Source: a virus
Length of the DNA stretch: 64,000 nt
IMG/VR virus record: IMGVR_UViG_3300025009_000896
Span: 1-64,000 of that record
Reading direction: 5' to 3' (one strand)
Positions within the stretch are counted from its first letter, which is position 1. Each line of letters starts with the position of its first letter. Shown here one piece after another: positions 21,363 through 32,680 of this stretch. The notes below the pieces were generated by a model. It had not been told where the DNA came from. It was given only the letters and a program-made list of their open reading frames with translations, and ran no database searches. A program made the translations under genes and the position numbers.

Positions 21363-21626
21363 TTGCACAATACAATGTACACTTGTCGAAGACCGATGAA
21401 CAAAAAAACAGACATTTACATAGCAATAGACCTTTTTAAGTGGGAGGTGTATGCTACTTTAACCAAGGAAGACTTAGCGGGGTATGTGGGAGTCCATAGG
21501 AACACCATAAGGCTAACCGACAACAAGGCGATATTGGGTAAGTACCTTGTATTCAAGGGGAATATACTACTTAAGAACAACAATATGGTACGTGATTTTG
21601 AAAAGAACATCAGAAGGGACAGATGA
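21363..21626 (+). CDS. Small HTH protein
   Basis: DLAGYVGVHRNTI HTH; TACCTTTG promoter at ~21358. Confidence 0.55.
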   Translation: MHNTMYTCRRPMNKKTDIYIAIDLFKWEVYATLTKEDLAGYVGVHRNTIRLTDNKAILGKYLVFKGNILLKNNNMVRDFEKNIRRDR

Positions 21627-22135
21627 AAACCACCAAAGACAATATAGCTGAGATAGGGCTTTACTACGACATCTACCCTGACGGGAGGCTTTATTCTAAG
21701 AGAAGTCATAGATGGCTAAGACCGGCTATGAGTGGAGATGGGGGGCTAAACTACTCGATAACACTTGAGAAGAGAGCCATTCGGGTACCAGTGGCTCGAC
21801 TAGTGGCGTTAAAGTATGTTCCCTCTGTTGCGGGAAAGAGATATGTGGGGTTTAAAGATAAGAATAAGTATAACCACTGTGTAGATAACCTAGTATGGGA
21901 AAGTAATGAAGAGAAGTTTCATAGAGGGTATTATAGTAGGTTTAAGGGAGAATTTGATTTTATGTCCTCTGGTTTGAGGAGTAGGCTTGAAGGAGATGGC
22001 AGAGAGAGGTCGGTGTGCGTAGGTGGCGTTACCTACGAGACAGTAAAGGCAGCTTGTTTATCACTTAAGATAAGTAGAAGAGCATTTAACAGAAAGCATA
22101 ATTCACATAAAACCAAAAACAATGAAAAGCGATGA
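21623..22135 (+). CDS. NUMOD4/HNH-like endonuclease, probably degenerate
   Basis: VARLVA..YV...V.FKD.N..N..VDNL.W with the catalytic His residues replaced. Confidence 0.55.
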   Translation: MKTTKDNIAEIGLYYDIYPDGRLYSKRSHRWLRPAMSGDGGLNYSITLEKRAIRVPVARLVALKYVPSVAGKRYVGFKDKNKYNHCVDNLVWESNEEKFHRGYYSRFKGEFDFMSSGLRSRLEGDGRERSVCVGGVTYETVKAACLSLKISRRAFNRKHNSHKTKNNEKR

Positions 22136-22711
22136 CATCTATGAAGTGGTTACGGCATTAACGGGTAAGATAGCGCCAGTGGGCGAAAGTTCGGCTGATG
22201 AAATACGACTTGAAAATGCAAATAAGTTTATCGAGGTATTAGATATGATGTACATAACAATAGACGAGATTGCGAGAAGGCACAAAGATTCTCCTTATGC
22301 TTCAGAAAAGAGAATAGGGAAGCTATGCGCTGCAAAGATTAATAGTTTAAGTTCTATGGATAACCAATAACAGATAAGATGAAAAAGAACGTAAAGAACC
22401 TACCGGAGTTTAAGGCTCTGATTGAACGGTACAAGACAATACCGCTCGAAGAAATTAAAGGGGCGTTTAAATCTAACCGTATAACTTTTGATGTGAAGGC
22501 GAAATTAACGGGATTTGGCAAAACCACCTCATGTAGTTTATGTTTACCAATAACTAATCTATGGACATGTTATGGGTGTATTTATACCGGACCTACTGGA
22601 TGCACAAGGCATAAAACTTATGGGGGCATATCATCTGCACGTGACCCCGAATCCCTTTTGGCGGCCTATCGTGCCCGTGCTGCATACATGGAAACACTAA
22701 TTAAGTTATAG
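22122..22711 (+). other. Two hypothetical CDSs (22122-22370; 22379-22711, Cys-rich)
   Basis: ORF track. Confidence 0.55.
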
Positions 22712-22771
22712 GTGATATATATACTACACCGGAGATAATAGGTTAGGTTCGTTGGACTTAATATAAAAGAC

Positions 22772-23464
22772 ATGAAAAAAGAGAAACCAATTTTATTCAG
22801 CACCGAAATGGTACGTGCTATCATCGAAGGGCGGAAGAGCCAGACGAGAAGAGTAGTAAAACCACAAAGGGAAGCAGCATCTTTTAAGATAGCCGTAATG
22901 CCTGATGGAACTAAAATGCCATTTGGTATTGACGAAGAAGAGGCTATGCTTGATTACATCAAATGTCCTTACGGCCAGCCCGGAGATATGCTTTGGGTGA
23001 AAGAGATGTTTTATGCCTATGGTATGTGGGTTAAAAACGGGCGCACCAAGTCCGGCAAACAAAAGTGGGTATTTATTGACACGACTGCTGCCGGTGAATA
23101 TCGCTATTTTGATAACCCTCCCGCCGAAGTCTTACCCAACTCAGATAGAGAGACTATGGGATGGTTTAAGCGGAACTCTCTGTTTATGCCATATAAAGCC
23201 TGCCGGATAAAGCTGAAGGTAACGGATCGCAGGGTGGAGAGGTTGAATGACACCTCAGAAGAGGATGCGATTGCGGAGGGAGTGATTGGAGTACAGAGAG
23301 CCGGAGGATATGGGTATGGGTTAAGCAAAGATTGGGACTATAAATTCCCCATGCATGAACCAACTCGAATTATGGCTTATAAACGGCTTTGGGAATCCAT
23401 CAACGGCAAGGGATCGTGGGAAAAGAATGAGCGGGTGTGGGTTATCTCCTTTGAGAGATTATAG
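22772..23464 (+). CDS. ASCH/PUA-like phage protein
   Basis: PILFSTEMVRAI.EGRK.QTRR...CPYG.PGD.LWVKE...FMP..A.RI.L....RVERL.D.SEEDA.AEG...W..N..VWVI.F. Confidence 0.75.
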   Translation: MKKEKPILFSTEMVRAIIEGRKSQTRRVVKPQREAASFKIAVMPDGTKMPFGIDEEEAMLDYIKCPYGQPGDMLWVKEMFYAYGMWVKNGRTKSGKQKWVFIDTTAAGEYRYFDNPPAEVLPNSDRETMGWFKRNSLFMPYKACRIKLKVTDRRVERLNDTSEEDAIAEGVIGVQRAGGYGYGLSKDWDYKFPMHEPTRIMAYKRLWESINGKGSWEKNERVWVISFERL

Positions 23465-23581
23465 ATTAAGTCCGATGGATTAGCCCCAATCCCCTTAACG
23501 GGGAGATAATGGCTAAAACGGCACAATAGGGACATAAAAAACGGCAATTTAAGACTAATGTATAACTAAAACCAAAAAGAA

Positions 23582-24373
23582 ATGCAAAATGTAGTAGTAA
23601 TCCACGAAAAAGACCACGAAGACAATGATATTACCATTATAGGCGTGGCAAGTAGTTCAATAGAGGCGGAAAGGATGATTGATGAGTATTATGGCGGTAA
23701 GTTTAAGGTTATCGCATTTAGAGATGTGCGTGACAGCAATATCGAATGGCAAAAGACATTAGCAGTAGACAATCACAGGGGTGGCACCTATTATGTTACG
23801 GTGTGGTTAGAATGGTTTGAGATAGACGTAATTTAAACAACTAATACAAGAACGAATGAAAACAAGACCAATTAAAGAACTGCTGATCCTGTTAAGGGAT
23901 TATTTTCCAAAGTCACACGCAGATGGTCGGGATGCCCTTTGTTTTGCGATTCATGACCTATGGAAAGACCATAAAATTATTTCGTATAACGAAGCGAAAA
24001 AACTTGACAGGCATATTCATGCACATAGGCCTAATCCTAATTCTAAGGCGGCATATTTTTTCCCTCTGGGTGAGCTCACCCCACGTATGAAGTTTCTCAA
24101 CAAGTTAATATCTGAACTATGAAAGACCTCGCAGAATCATTTGACGGACGTGGGGAAACCAAGGGGTTTCACTTTAATCTACTACACAAAAGCGGTAGGG
24201 GATACCTATATGAGGTAAGAACTACACCTACGTCTCATCACTACGAAGTGTTCGAGAGAAGAGAGAACGAGAGGTACGGGTGTGTAACCTATCCTTCAAG
24301 TAAAGTATTCGGTAGGTATGCTTGGACATATAAAACGATCGAAAGGGCAATGGCAGAGTTTGGTAAATTATAG
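23582..24373 (+). other. Three hypothetical CDSs (23582-23836, 23856-24122, 24119-24373)
   Basis: ORF track; A-rich translation-initiation regions. Confidence 0.6.
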
Positions 24374-24404
24374 ATTAGGTTCACTGGATTTTAAATATGA
24401 GGCT

Positions 24405-24692
24405 ATGAAAATACAGCCACTTATGCCCAGGGAAAGCCGAGAGTTCGGGTTACTCGGAGAGCGAATAAAACTTGCAAGGCTACGGCGCAAGTATAGTGCA
24501 GAACAGGTGTCCGAAAGAGCGGGGATATCCTTAGACGCGTTATCATCCGTAGAGTCGGGCGATGTTGATGTCAGCATTGGCGTTTACTTCTCTGTTCTAA
24601 GATCATTAGGGTTAGGGGGGGCTATTTATAAGATCGCCGAGGACGACACATTAGGCAGAAAACTACAGGATATAGAATTATTAGGGCGATAA
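24405..24692 (+). CDS. XRE-family HTH, HipB-like antitoxin/regulator
   Basis: LGERIKLARLRR..S...V.ERAGIS...L..VE.G...VSIG.Y..VL..LGL...DD.LGRKLQD. Confidence 0.75.
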   Translation: MKIQPLMPRESREFGLLGERIKLARLRRKYSAEQVSERAGISLDALSSVESGDVDVSIGVYFSVLRSLGLGGAIYKIAEDDTLGRKLQDIELLGR

Positions 24693-24967
24693 TGCCCCTC
24701 TCCCTACTGCCATAGCGGTAATATTAGCTGAAAAGCACTTATATTCCATGAAAAACGCTTATAAGCAGCTATAATCATTATAAATGTCCCAATCTTGGTA
24801 GCCACGGTACTTAAATAGGAACATTTTTAATGATAAAGGTGATGGCAACACGTTAAAACCGCAAGACCCGGTACACATCTTGATGTATCGGGTCTCGAAA
24901 CTCCTTCTTCCGATTATGGAAAGATGAGCACCGCAAAGGTAATAAAAAATAAGCAGCAGCGTCTTAT

Positions 24968-26256
24968 TTAATCTAATTTACCTGTTTGCCTCCACTCGGC
25001 TATGTTACGATCATCATTAATAAAGTCGAGCCTGAAGGTATCTATTGTCTTCCCTCCAACCATTACATAACAAGTGGCCGGGGCCGAAATAAGAAGAGGC
25101 TTAACGTCGTCCTCCTCTCCGTGGAGTATAACCCACGAATACCAGAAATTTTGTGTTGTATCGGTATTTGTTAGCACACTCACCACGTAATCGGGCTTAA
25201 GTTGTGATACCACATCGTCAAAAGACTGCATGGGGTGTGTTACATCATTAAGTTTGCCCTCTCTGTGAGAGATTCGTTCTGCTACAAATAGGTCTGTCTT
25301 ATAGAACCCATCATTTTCTTGTGAAACTACTTTAAGTGTCATCATTTTTCTTCTTTTTTAAGTTATTACTACTACTTACTGCTGCTTATTGATGTAAAGG
25401 TAATAAAAAATCCCAAATACTATCGTACTCAGGATTAGTCGGGGTGCCGCCGAGTTCTTTACTCGACCCCTATTTTTGTTTAGGTTCTATGGTTTGATGA
25501 TGAAAGCCCGAAGCCCTTTCTGCCGGTTCAAACCTTCTCTTTAACGCTAACCAAATGTTCTCATCGTAGCCTATGTCTACCACATCCCCTGCGAAGTTTA
25601 CCCTTATGTAGTCCTCTAACATTGGGTAGGCATATCTTATACTTGGGTCTTGGGGGTCAAAGAGAAATTCAGATTCATACTCGTGTACTTTTTTTGATTT
25701 ACCTTTAGTGTAGCCGAGGGTTATCTTACCAATCATAAGGATGTTTTCTCAAAGATAGCTATAATTTAAGTTCTGTGGACTTAACCATCGGAGAAGTGTT
25801 TAGGTATGTGAAACAGAAATCCCGCTTTATACGCTTAACAGAACGGTGAAAGTGCTGGGATAACTTCTTAACGGCTATATTATACCATTCGTCGTGCTGC
25901 TCCTGAGTACACTGATAACGCTGATAGAAGTCACTTGCGTCCGTCCATGGGTTATCCTCAAAAGCCTTTTCAATGGTGATGCCGTGATAGGGAACCATCC
26001 ACCAATTGATTATATCCGCCTCTGTTAATTCTTTTTTCATAGTTTACGTTCCGTGGTTTATGGAATCCATACTTTCTATTACTCTGTGATGCTCTGAGTT
26101 TACGTTCACCGGTTTGACGGGCATCTTCTTGCCCTCATCGGTGTCTATCAGCTTTAAGGCACGGATGATGTCATCAATATCAACCTCTTCAAAGTCGGCA
26201 TTAGCGCAAGCCTGCCGTATTTGTTTTTCAGTCCACATCCCTGTTCTTGCTTTCAA
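24968..26256 (-). other. Four hypothetical CDSs (24968-25345, 25470-25736, 25759-26040, 26044-26256)
   Basis: ORF track; minus-strand promoters at ~25395 and ~26352. Confidence 0.55.
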
Positions 26257-26443
26257 ATCTTATTCCTAATACCATTCCTATTACAAAGATGGCGGCTACG
26301 CAGATAATGATTCCTAATGTGCTCATAATTTATGTTATTTGGTTTATAAAGCAAAGATATGCAATGTATTTGACAATTCCAAAAAAAGTTAATTATTTTG
26401 TTTATCTTTGTACCTGAATCAACCAACAGAAACTTTTTATAAT

Positions 26444-26710
26444 ATGAAAATTCTTCCTACACTACTCTTGGTCGAAGACCACAAAGAAGCAGAGACAAAA
26501 ACAGAATCAGGAATCTTTATCCCCGTAACAACCAAAACTAATCAGATGAAGGGTAAGGTTATGTTCTGTGGAAAAGGCACTTCAGAATTGGAGATGATCT
26601 ACGAAGTCGGGGACATGGTTATTTATAAACCCAACTCCGGCAGAGAGGTAGAAGTAGAAGACAAGAAACTAAGGCTCTTGGACATCAGAGAGATTCTCTT
26701 CGGGCTTTAA
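26444..26710 (+). CDS. groES: GroES co-chaperonin
   Basis: E.KTESGIFIP...G.V...GKG...VGD.V.Y...SG.EV......LL...EI; own TATCTTTG promoter at ~26403. Confidence 0.8.
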   Translation: MKILPTLLLVEDHKEAETKTESGIFIPVTTKTNQMKGKVMFCGKGTSELEMIYEVGDMVIYKPNSGREVEVEDKKLRLLDIREILFGL

Positions 26711-27098
26711 ACTCAAACCAACCAACCGACCCTCCAATTCTACCATCTCTCGTAGTATGCGCTGAGTAAGGTAGAATTGCGATTGAAGCTCCTTGTCAGG
26801 GTATGCACCTTCGGCAAGGAGTTTCTGTTGTTCGGCGGGCAAGGCGGTAAGCACCTTACTTTTTAGTAACTTACTGTTCCGTAACACTTCCAATCTCTTT
26901 ACTATGACCTTCTTAGCCCTGCGCTTCGCTGCTCTGTCCATTATCACCTATTCTGCAATTAACACACAAATCTTTGCCCGGCAACAATTTCCACATCCAC
27001 ACAAAAAACATTATCCCAGCATGGGCGTCCATTGCAACATTTTGCGTTCCGCATTTATCGCAAATAATTGTCACCAACCCGTCTTCTGTTTTTATCAT
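26669..27098 (-). other. Two hypothetical CDSs (26669-26947; 26913-27098, Zn-ribbon)
   Basis: ORF track. Confidence 0.45.
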
Positions 27099-28090
27099 AT
27101 CGTATAGTTAAACTCCTTTAAGTAATCGTTAATACTCCTTGTCGTCAATCTCTCGTTTCGCTCTCTGACCTCTTTTACGGCAGACATATTGACCTTGATG
27201 TAATGATTAGCAAGGTTATACTGCAACAACGGAAGGCCGTGAGCGTGAAAGTTATGTTCTATGTATTGTTTAAGTTCTTTGGTTTCCTCATATGGAAACA
27301 TTGTATAAAGCATAAACAGCTTATTCCACCACTTCATCTCTAACCTGCCCATCCTGTCTATCGGCCTACCAAAGACGTGCCCTGTTTCAAAGTCGGGCAA
27401 GATAAGGCTGTCACCCCCATACAGGTAGTTTTTGATAGACAGATAAGGCTCTAGGGCTCCCCAAATAGAGTGTCCTCTGAATCTTATGCCCTCTTTAGTG
27501 TCAAATCCACCTAACTTAAGATACCATTCTCTTGTAGTGAAGTAGAAGGCTCCGTGAAGGTTAGAGATAGGGGTTATGTCCGTTGGTTTGGTATTTCTCC
27601 ACTTGCTCTCTATAATGTCAAAATAAGCTGGCTTTTGACGTAGTGTGCTGTTGAGCGGCAAGCTGTCCTTATCCATCTTAAACACAAGGTCAGCACCATA
27701 ACGCCTTACATTAGCAGGGTCGTCAACCTCTAAGTTTTCGGGGCTCAAACCAACGCAAGTAGAACACAAGATTGAATTAGGATATTCAGATGCGTACTTA
27801 ACCACATAATCGAACCAATGTCCGTTCTTTACCATTACATCTGAAGCCGTCAAGACTAAGATATCCCCCGTTGCGTGTTCCGCAGCCCTGTCAAACGAAT
27901 ACCCTACACCCCTGTTGTGATTGTTGGTGATGAGTTTTATCCTTGGGTCTTTGTCTAACACCGGAGGATGGTAGGAGCCGTCATCAACGACTATGAACTC
28001 TACGTCATCGTTATGATACTCCCTAAGCCTCTTGAGTGTTATACCAAGATACTCGTGGTCGTTGTAGAATGGGAGGAGAACGCTTATCAT
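27095..28090 (-). CDS. Glycosyltransferase family 2
   Basis: ISVLLPFYND...EFIVVDDGS...NRGVG...ATGDIL; GAFYF...LGGFD. Confidence 0.85.
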   Translation of the reverse strand: MISVLLPFYNDHEYLGITLKRLREYHNDDVEFIVVDDGSYHPPVLDKDPRIKLITNNHNRGVGYSFDRAAEHATGDILVLTASDVMVKNGHWFDYVVKYASEYPNSILCSTCVGLSPENLEVDDPANVRRYGADLVFKMDKDSLPLNSTLRQKPAYFDIIESKWRNTKPTDITPISNLHGAFYFTTREWYLKLGGFDTKEGIRFRGHSIWGALEPYLSIKNYLYGGDSLILPDFETGHVFGRPIDRMGRLEMKWWNKLFMLYTMFPYEETKELKQYIEHNFHAHGLPLLQYNLANHYIKVNMSAVKEVRERNERLTTRSINDYLKEFNYTI

Positions 28091-28124
28091 ATCTGGAAAT
28101 TATGTGTAATACCAATTGCGATTT

Positions 28125-29162
28125 TTAGTGATTAGTAAATTCCCTTAGAAAAGACTCTTTTTGCTCAACAGACCAAGTACAACTATAATTAGTAAGAAGT
28201 TTTAATATTTCATCCAATGGCCTTGTCTTAAGGAAGCGCATCTGATATTCGTTTGGGAATTTTTCCCAATGGAGTGTTTTAAATTGGTTGTCGGACTGAA
28301 TCAAACCATATAAGAAGTCTAAGGTTTTATTATTAAAGTTCCTTAAGTTTTCAGAGATAAATTTATTAACTTCGTCATAGTTTAATATCCTTGTTTCCAT
28401 ACCAATTAGACACTCTCCCAACAAAATTAGCTGCTCGCTTGATATGTTTTTATTATGCTTTGGCAAAGCAAAAAGATAATAGTAATTAGGTGTTCTCCTT
28501 TTAATGCTACTGAGCAACATTTCAAAAACATCGTCTTGTAAAATACAAGGGCTTCTCATTATCAGATCATGTGGCATATTGGTTTTCCCCGCCCCATATT
28601 CAATCCAATATTGCCCTATTCCGAAAATACATCCATTTGTATTATAGTTGGGTTCTCTGACGTACTGTATTACCTCCTCTTTTGTATAATCAAAAGGCAT
28701 TTTAAACGATTCTATAAACAACACGTCCTTTGTACAATCAGACATTATAATTTTGAGTAAATTAACTACAACCTCTTTTTTTGAATAAAAGTTTACTGCT
28801 AAGTGTACGGCAAGGCTACCGTCGTTTCGGTTACAATACCATCCGTTAGCCTCTTTTTCAATATTAAAGATATTTAATAATATCCTTTCAATAAAAAGAA
28901 ACTGATTTTGCTGCTTACTTTTAAAGTATCCTTGGCCGTCATCTTCTGATCGTTTTATTTTAGCAAACTCAGCTCTTAAGTAATCAAGTAGTCCTATTGC
29001 TATTTTTGAGTTGTCTACCTGTTTTTTTAGAATAGACATTTCCTTATATTGTTCCGAGTTTATGTTTAGAGCGTCTATTAGCTCTCTTTCTAATGATCCA
29101 ATTTTTTCTGCAATTTGCTTAGACGCAAATTCGTTTAAATCAATTTCTAATAAATTATCCAT
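28125..29162 (-). CDS. Hypothetical protein, visibly AT-rich
   Basis: 345-aa ORF. Confidence 0.7.
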   Translation of the reverse strand: MDNLLEIDLNEFASKQIAEKIGSLERELIDALNINSEQYKEMSILKKQVDNSKIAIGLLDYLRAEFAKIKRSEDDGQGYFKSKQQNQFLFIERILLNIFNIEKEANGWYCNRNDGSLAVHLAVNFYSKKEVVVNLLKIIMSDCTKDVLFIESFKMPFDYTKEEVIQYVREPNYNTNGCIFGIGQYWIEYGAGKTNMPHDLIMRSPCILQDDVFEMLLSSIKRRTPNYYYLFALPKHNKNISSEQLILLGECLIGMETRILNYDEVNKFISENLRNFNNKTLDFLYGLIQSDNQFKTLHWEKFPNEYQMRFLKTRPLDEILKLLTNYSCTWSVEQKESFLREFTNH

Positions 29163-29173
29163 AACTTTATTTA

Positions 29174-29920
29174 TTAAATTACCATTGCTATAAACCTTCT
29201 CTGCACTGCGTAGTACAGCTTGCCGTTATCAAAGTGGGCGTTGTAGCCCTGCCGCTCTAAGGGAATAGGCTTCGTCCCCGGAAGGAACAATACCTCATCG
29301 CCCTCTTCTAAGTCTTCAAAGTCTGTCCAAGTCTTGTTCTCGTACTCAATATTACAGGAGCCACAGTATTTTATATGTCCTCTGGTTTCGTCTATCTTCG
29401 CCTCGGATAGCACATCCAAGGAACCTAAACTCTTCTGTTTAACTTTCTCTATTATGCAGTACCCGTTAAGACAGATAACATCCTCTACCCACTTACTATC
29501 GAACTTACTTACCCACCTCCTTCTTTTTGCCACGAACATATCGTCATATGGTATAAGCCTATAAACTGATTCCTCTGTTCTTATCTCTGCACAGTTGGTA
29601 GCAGCCATAGGGTTAAACCATACTAAGTCATCTTCTTTTATCTCTATGGTTGACCTCCATGACGGGGAGAACGAATCATTCCTTTTGAAATAAAACTTCT
29701 CAGGCACCTTGACTACCCTACCGTACACGTCTGCCACGTCTGCTATGTGGTTATCCTTACCCTCGGCATACTGTATGTCTTTGTTAAAGCCTACGATGAT
29801 GCCCGATACCGTCTTCTGCTCTTCTTTAGCCTGCGGTATCTCTACCAACACAAGGTTGTGATAAGGCATCTTAATGTTGGCAAGTTCTGCCTCGGTTAGG
29901 TTAGTCTTGTTGATTTCCAT
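29174..29920 (-). CDS. Tandem GroES-like domain protein
   Basis: NLVLVE...TVSGIIV...GRVVKVP...IKEDDLVWF, and a second repeat G.IKY.G...LEEGDEVLF. Confidence 0.6.
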   Translation of the reverse strand: MEINKTNLTEAELANIKMPYHNLVLVEIPQAKEEQKTVSGIIVGFNKDIQYAEGKDNHIADVADVYGRVVKVPEKFYFKRNDSFSPSWRSTIEIKEDDLVWFNPMAATNCAEIRTEESVYRLIPYDDMFVAKRRRWVSKFDSKWVEDVICLNGYCIIEKVKQKSLGSLDVLSEAKIDETRGHIKYCGSCNIEYENKTWTDFEDLEEGDEVLFLPGTKPIPLERQGYNAHFDNGKLYYAVQRRFIAMVI

Positions 29921-30791
29921 GAGGGAACCCCTTTAAGTTATCAGAGGCACGATACTTGATCTTTTTATCTATCGTAGCCTTCTCTATCATTTTTTCTAAG
30001 TCAGTGCCCTTGCAGTTCCAAAACAGAATAGCAGTTCCCGTTAGCCCCATGAAGCTCTCTTCCGTTAACCACATAGATGCAGTAGCTTCTCGTCCCGAAG
30101 ATTTTATGTTTTCAACCGCAAGTATATATCCTTCATCGTTTTCTAATGTAGATATGCTAACAATTCTATTGTCGGAAAACACCGCCTGTACAAAATCGGT
30201 TATAGCAATCTCCCTCTCGTTAGGAGAACCCGTTGCTACCGTTACGTGTCCATAGTTATTCTGCTCCATACAATACCTCCACGTCTTTTTCGTCTGACAC
30301 CCACAGGCTATAACCCTTCTCAAAGCTCACCAAGTACCCCTTGCCGTCCTCTATTATCTCCACCACCTTGTCGGCTGTATTCACCGGCAGGTGGACGGTC
30401 ATGCCCACAGCATAGGTTACGGTTATCTCAGTAGGGAACCTGTTGTCCTTATTGTACCCTGTTGTTTTTCTCTGATAGCTTATGGCCTCTATTTTTCTCA
30501 TTTAGGTTCGTTGGATTTGATGTTTAACCAATATTGATAAACGCCCTCAATGTCCCTTTCAGTCCCATCATCATCAAAAAACATGATCTTCCCAGCATCA
30601 TTTGGGGCACAACCCTCACAACCTATTTCATCTTGCCACATAAACCACTCGATAAACTCCATGACGTGAGCAGTAATAGCATCGGCAGACCATTCTGCGC
30701 CATCAGTAGTTTCTTCGTGTGCTTTGATAAGTTGCAGTATCTTTTCTCTCATAACTATCTGAATATCAAAACGGTAATTCACTGTTGTCAT
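29901..30791 (-). other. Three hypothetical CDSs (29901-~30254, 30256-30501, 30498-~30753)
   Basis: ORF track. Confidence 0.55.
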
Positions 30792-31179
30792 CCTCGGGTG
30801 GGTCTAATAGCCTCGTATCGCTGATGACCGCATCAATCTTCCCGTCCTTAGCCGGAGTCTTGGCGGGCGCATCTGCCACTTCCTTGGCCACGTCATAAGC
30901 CTTAAGCTCGGTGAAGTGCATAGTCTTATCCTTGCCCTTGAACTCATGCCCGGCCAAAGAGAATTTGACGGTCAGTTTATCTCCGGGACGAACCGAATCC
31001 AGCAAACTTATCTTATCATTAACAAGAATAAACTCTGGTGTCTCTAACCATGATGATGTTCCTGCATCTTCTCTTATTGCTAACCTAAAAGATATCTTCT
31101 TAAAGGTTGACGTTGTACTCTCGAACTTATTTCCTATCTCTAAGAGATGTCCTGTTACTTCTAATTTGTTGTTACTCAT
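30766..31179 (-). CDS. DUF3127-family ssDNA-binding protein
   Basis: FKK..F.....EF.LVNDK..LLD....GD...VKF.L.G.E.....F..L.A; acidic tail ending ELPF. Confidence 0.75.
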   Translation of the reverse strand: MSNNKLEVTGHLLEIGNKFESTTSTFKKISFRLAIREDAGTSSWLETPEFILVNDKISLLDSVRPGDKLTVKFSLAGHEFKGKDKTMHFTELKAYDVAKEVADAPAKTPAKDGKIDAVISDTRLLDPPEDDNSELPF

Positions 31180-31200
31180 TATTTATGTTTGTTGGTTTTA

Positions 31201-32052
31201 TTATATGATTGTTTTCTTGTAGTCTGCAAGATTAACAATGTTCATTCTGCTAATAATGTCGTTCTTTGCTGCACGGTATGCTTGATTAGCCTCATTGCGT
31301 TTTGACTCAATAGACTTAAGTTCGGACATGAGTAAGGCATTTTCTTCCTTCTGCAACATATATGACTTGATATCGTAATCTGATACCTGAATCTGCTCTC
31401 CATTTTTTTCAGCAATAAACCTGCCGTCTTTTCTTATACCGATGATTTTTAGTGGTAAGTATTCCCTACCATATTCTGCGGGGATGGGGACAACAACAAA
31501 TGGGATAAACCCCGTATTCGTCTTTTTATAGTCATCAATAAACTTCTTTACAGCAGTAAACGACGAACTCTCCTTCGTATTTTCATCAGTAACAATACAC
31601 TGAAATTTCTCATGGGTAGTATCGAACTCTATGTCAAACCCCCGGTAGTTTTCTATTAAAATTTTACTCATAATTTTATTTTTTACTCCTTTTGTTATCT
31701 AATAGCACGCCTATCCAAATCACAAGCAGCACTGTTGCCAAAAGTAATAAGTATTCTAACGTGTCGCTCATAGCCCACAGATTTTGCGGTCTTCGTTGTT
31801 CATGTACTCCACTCCATCAAGTAACTCCCCGCGCCACTCTTTCTTAAATGGGAACCACAGCCTTTGCATAGCATCCCAAAGGTCGTTGCCGCTAACCCAC
31901 TCACAAAATACCATATCCTGCACCCGCCCCTTCTCGTCATAATATGTTACACAATCGCATGAGTGGCTATGGTGACAATAAAGAACGTGTGTTTCCGTAC
32001 TCGCATAAGACCCTTCGGATTGGTAGGTGGTTTTTACTGTTGTGTGGCTCAT
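31201..32052 (-). other. Two hypothetical CDSs (31201-31671, 31768-32052)
   Basis: ORF track; promoter at ~32070. Confidence 0.6.
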
Positions 32053-32108
32053 AGTTTCTGTTTATTCAGCAAAGATATATATTCAATTCGAGATTTGCAA
32101 ATTTATTT

Positions 32109-32513
32109 TTAAGCTCCTTGGAGGTTAGGGTTTGCAAAGCCCCTATATGCGTTTCCCTTTCCCAACGCAGACCTAAATTCCTTTATGGTACGGTCTTGTA
32201 TATTTAATAATTGAGTTATATCAAACGTTTCCACATCTTCATTTTTTATTCTCATTACCTTAAGCCCACACTTTTTAACAAACCCGTCCCTACTACGATC
32301 ATATCGCTGTGCTAATTGGTGACATCCACCATCAATCTCTATATTTAACATTTTTAGCGGCAAAACAAAGTCTAAAATGTAAAAGCCCAATATCATTTGG
32401 CATTTATAATCTACCCCAATAGTTTTTAGTTTCCCCTCAAACAATCCCTCGGAGGGGGTCTTCTTCGTTATTAGTCTTCTCTTATGTTGTTTTAATTGTT
32501 TCGCAGTTTGCAT
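32109..32513 (-). CDS. DUF559 / Vsr-like PD-(D/E)XK endonuclease
   Basis: TPSE...Q...GFYILDF...L.IEIDGG.H...D..RD......G..V.RI.N. Confidence 0.8.
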   Translation of the reverse strand: MQTAKQLKQHKRRLITKKTPSEGLFEGKLKTIGVDYKCQMILGFYILDFVLPLKMLNIEIDGGCHQLAQRYDRSRDGFVKKCGLKVMRIKNEDVETFDITQLLNIQDRTIKEFRSALGKGNAYRGFANPNLQGA

Positions 32514-32680
32514 ATTTTATCATTTTGCGCCCGCCCCCGGCAAGCAATTCTCTCGTGTTTTTGGTGTTTAATGTAAAAAACTCAAAAAGCAGAAGCATTT
32601 TATTTACTTTTATTTCTTTTAATTTACTTTCATTTACTTTAATTGCATAGATATATGTATGCGTTCGCATCAAATGCCCA

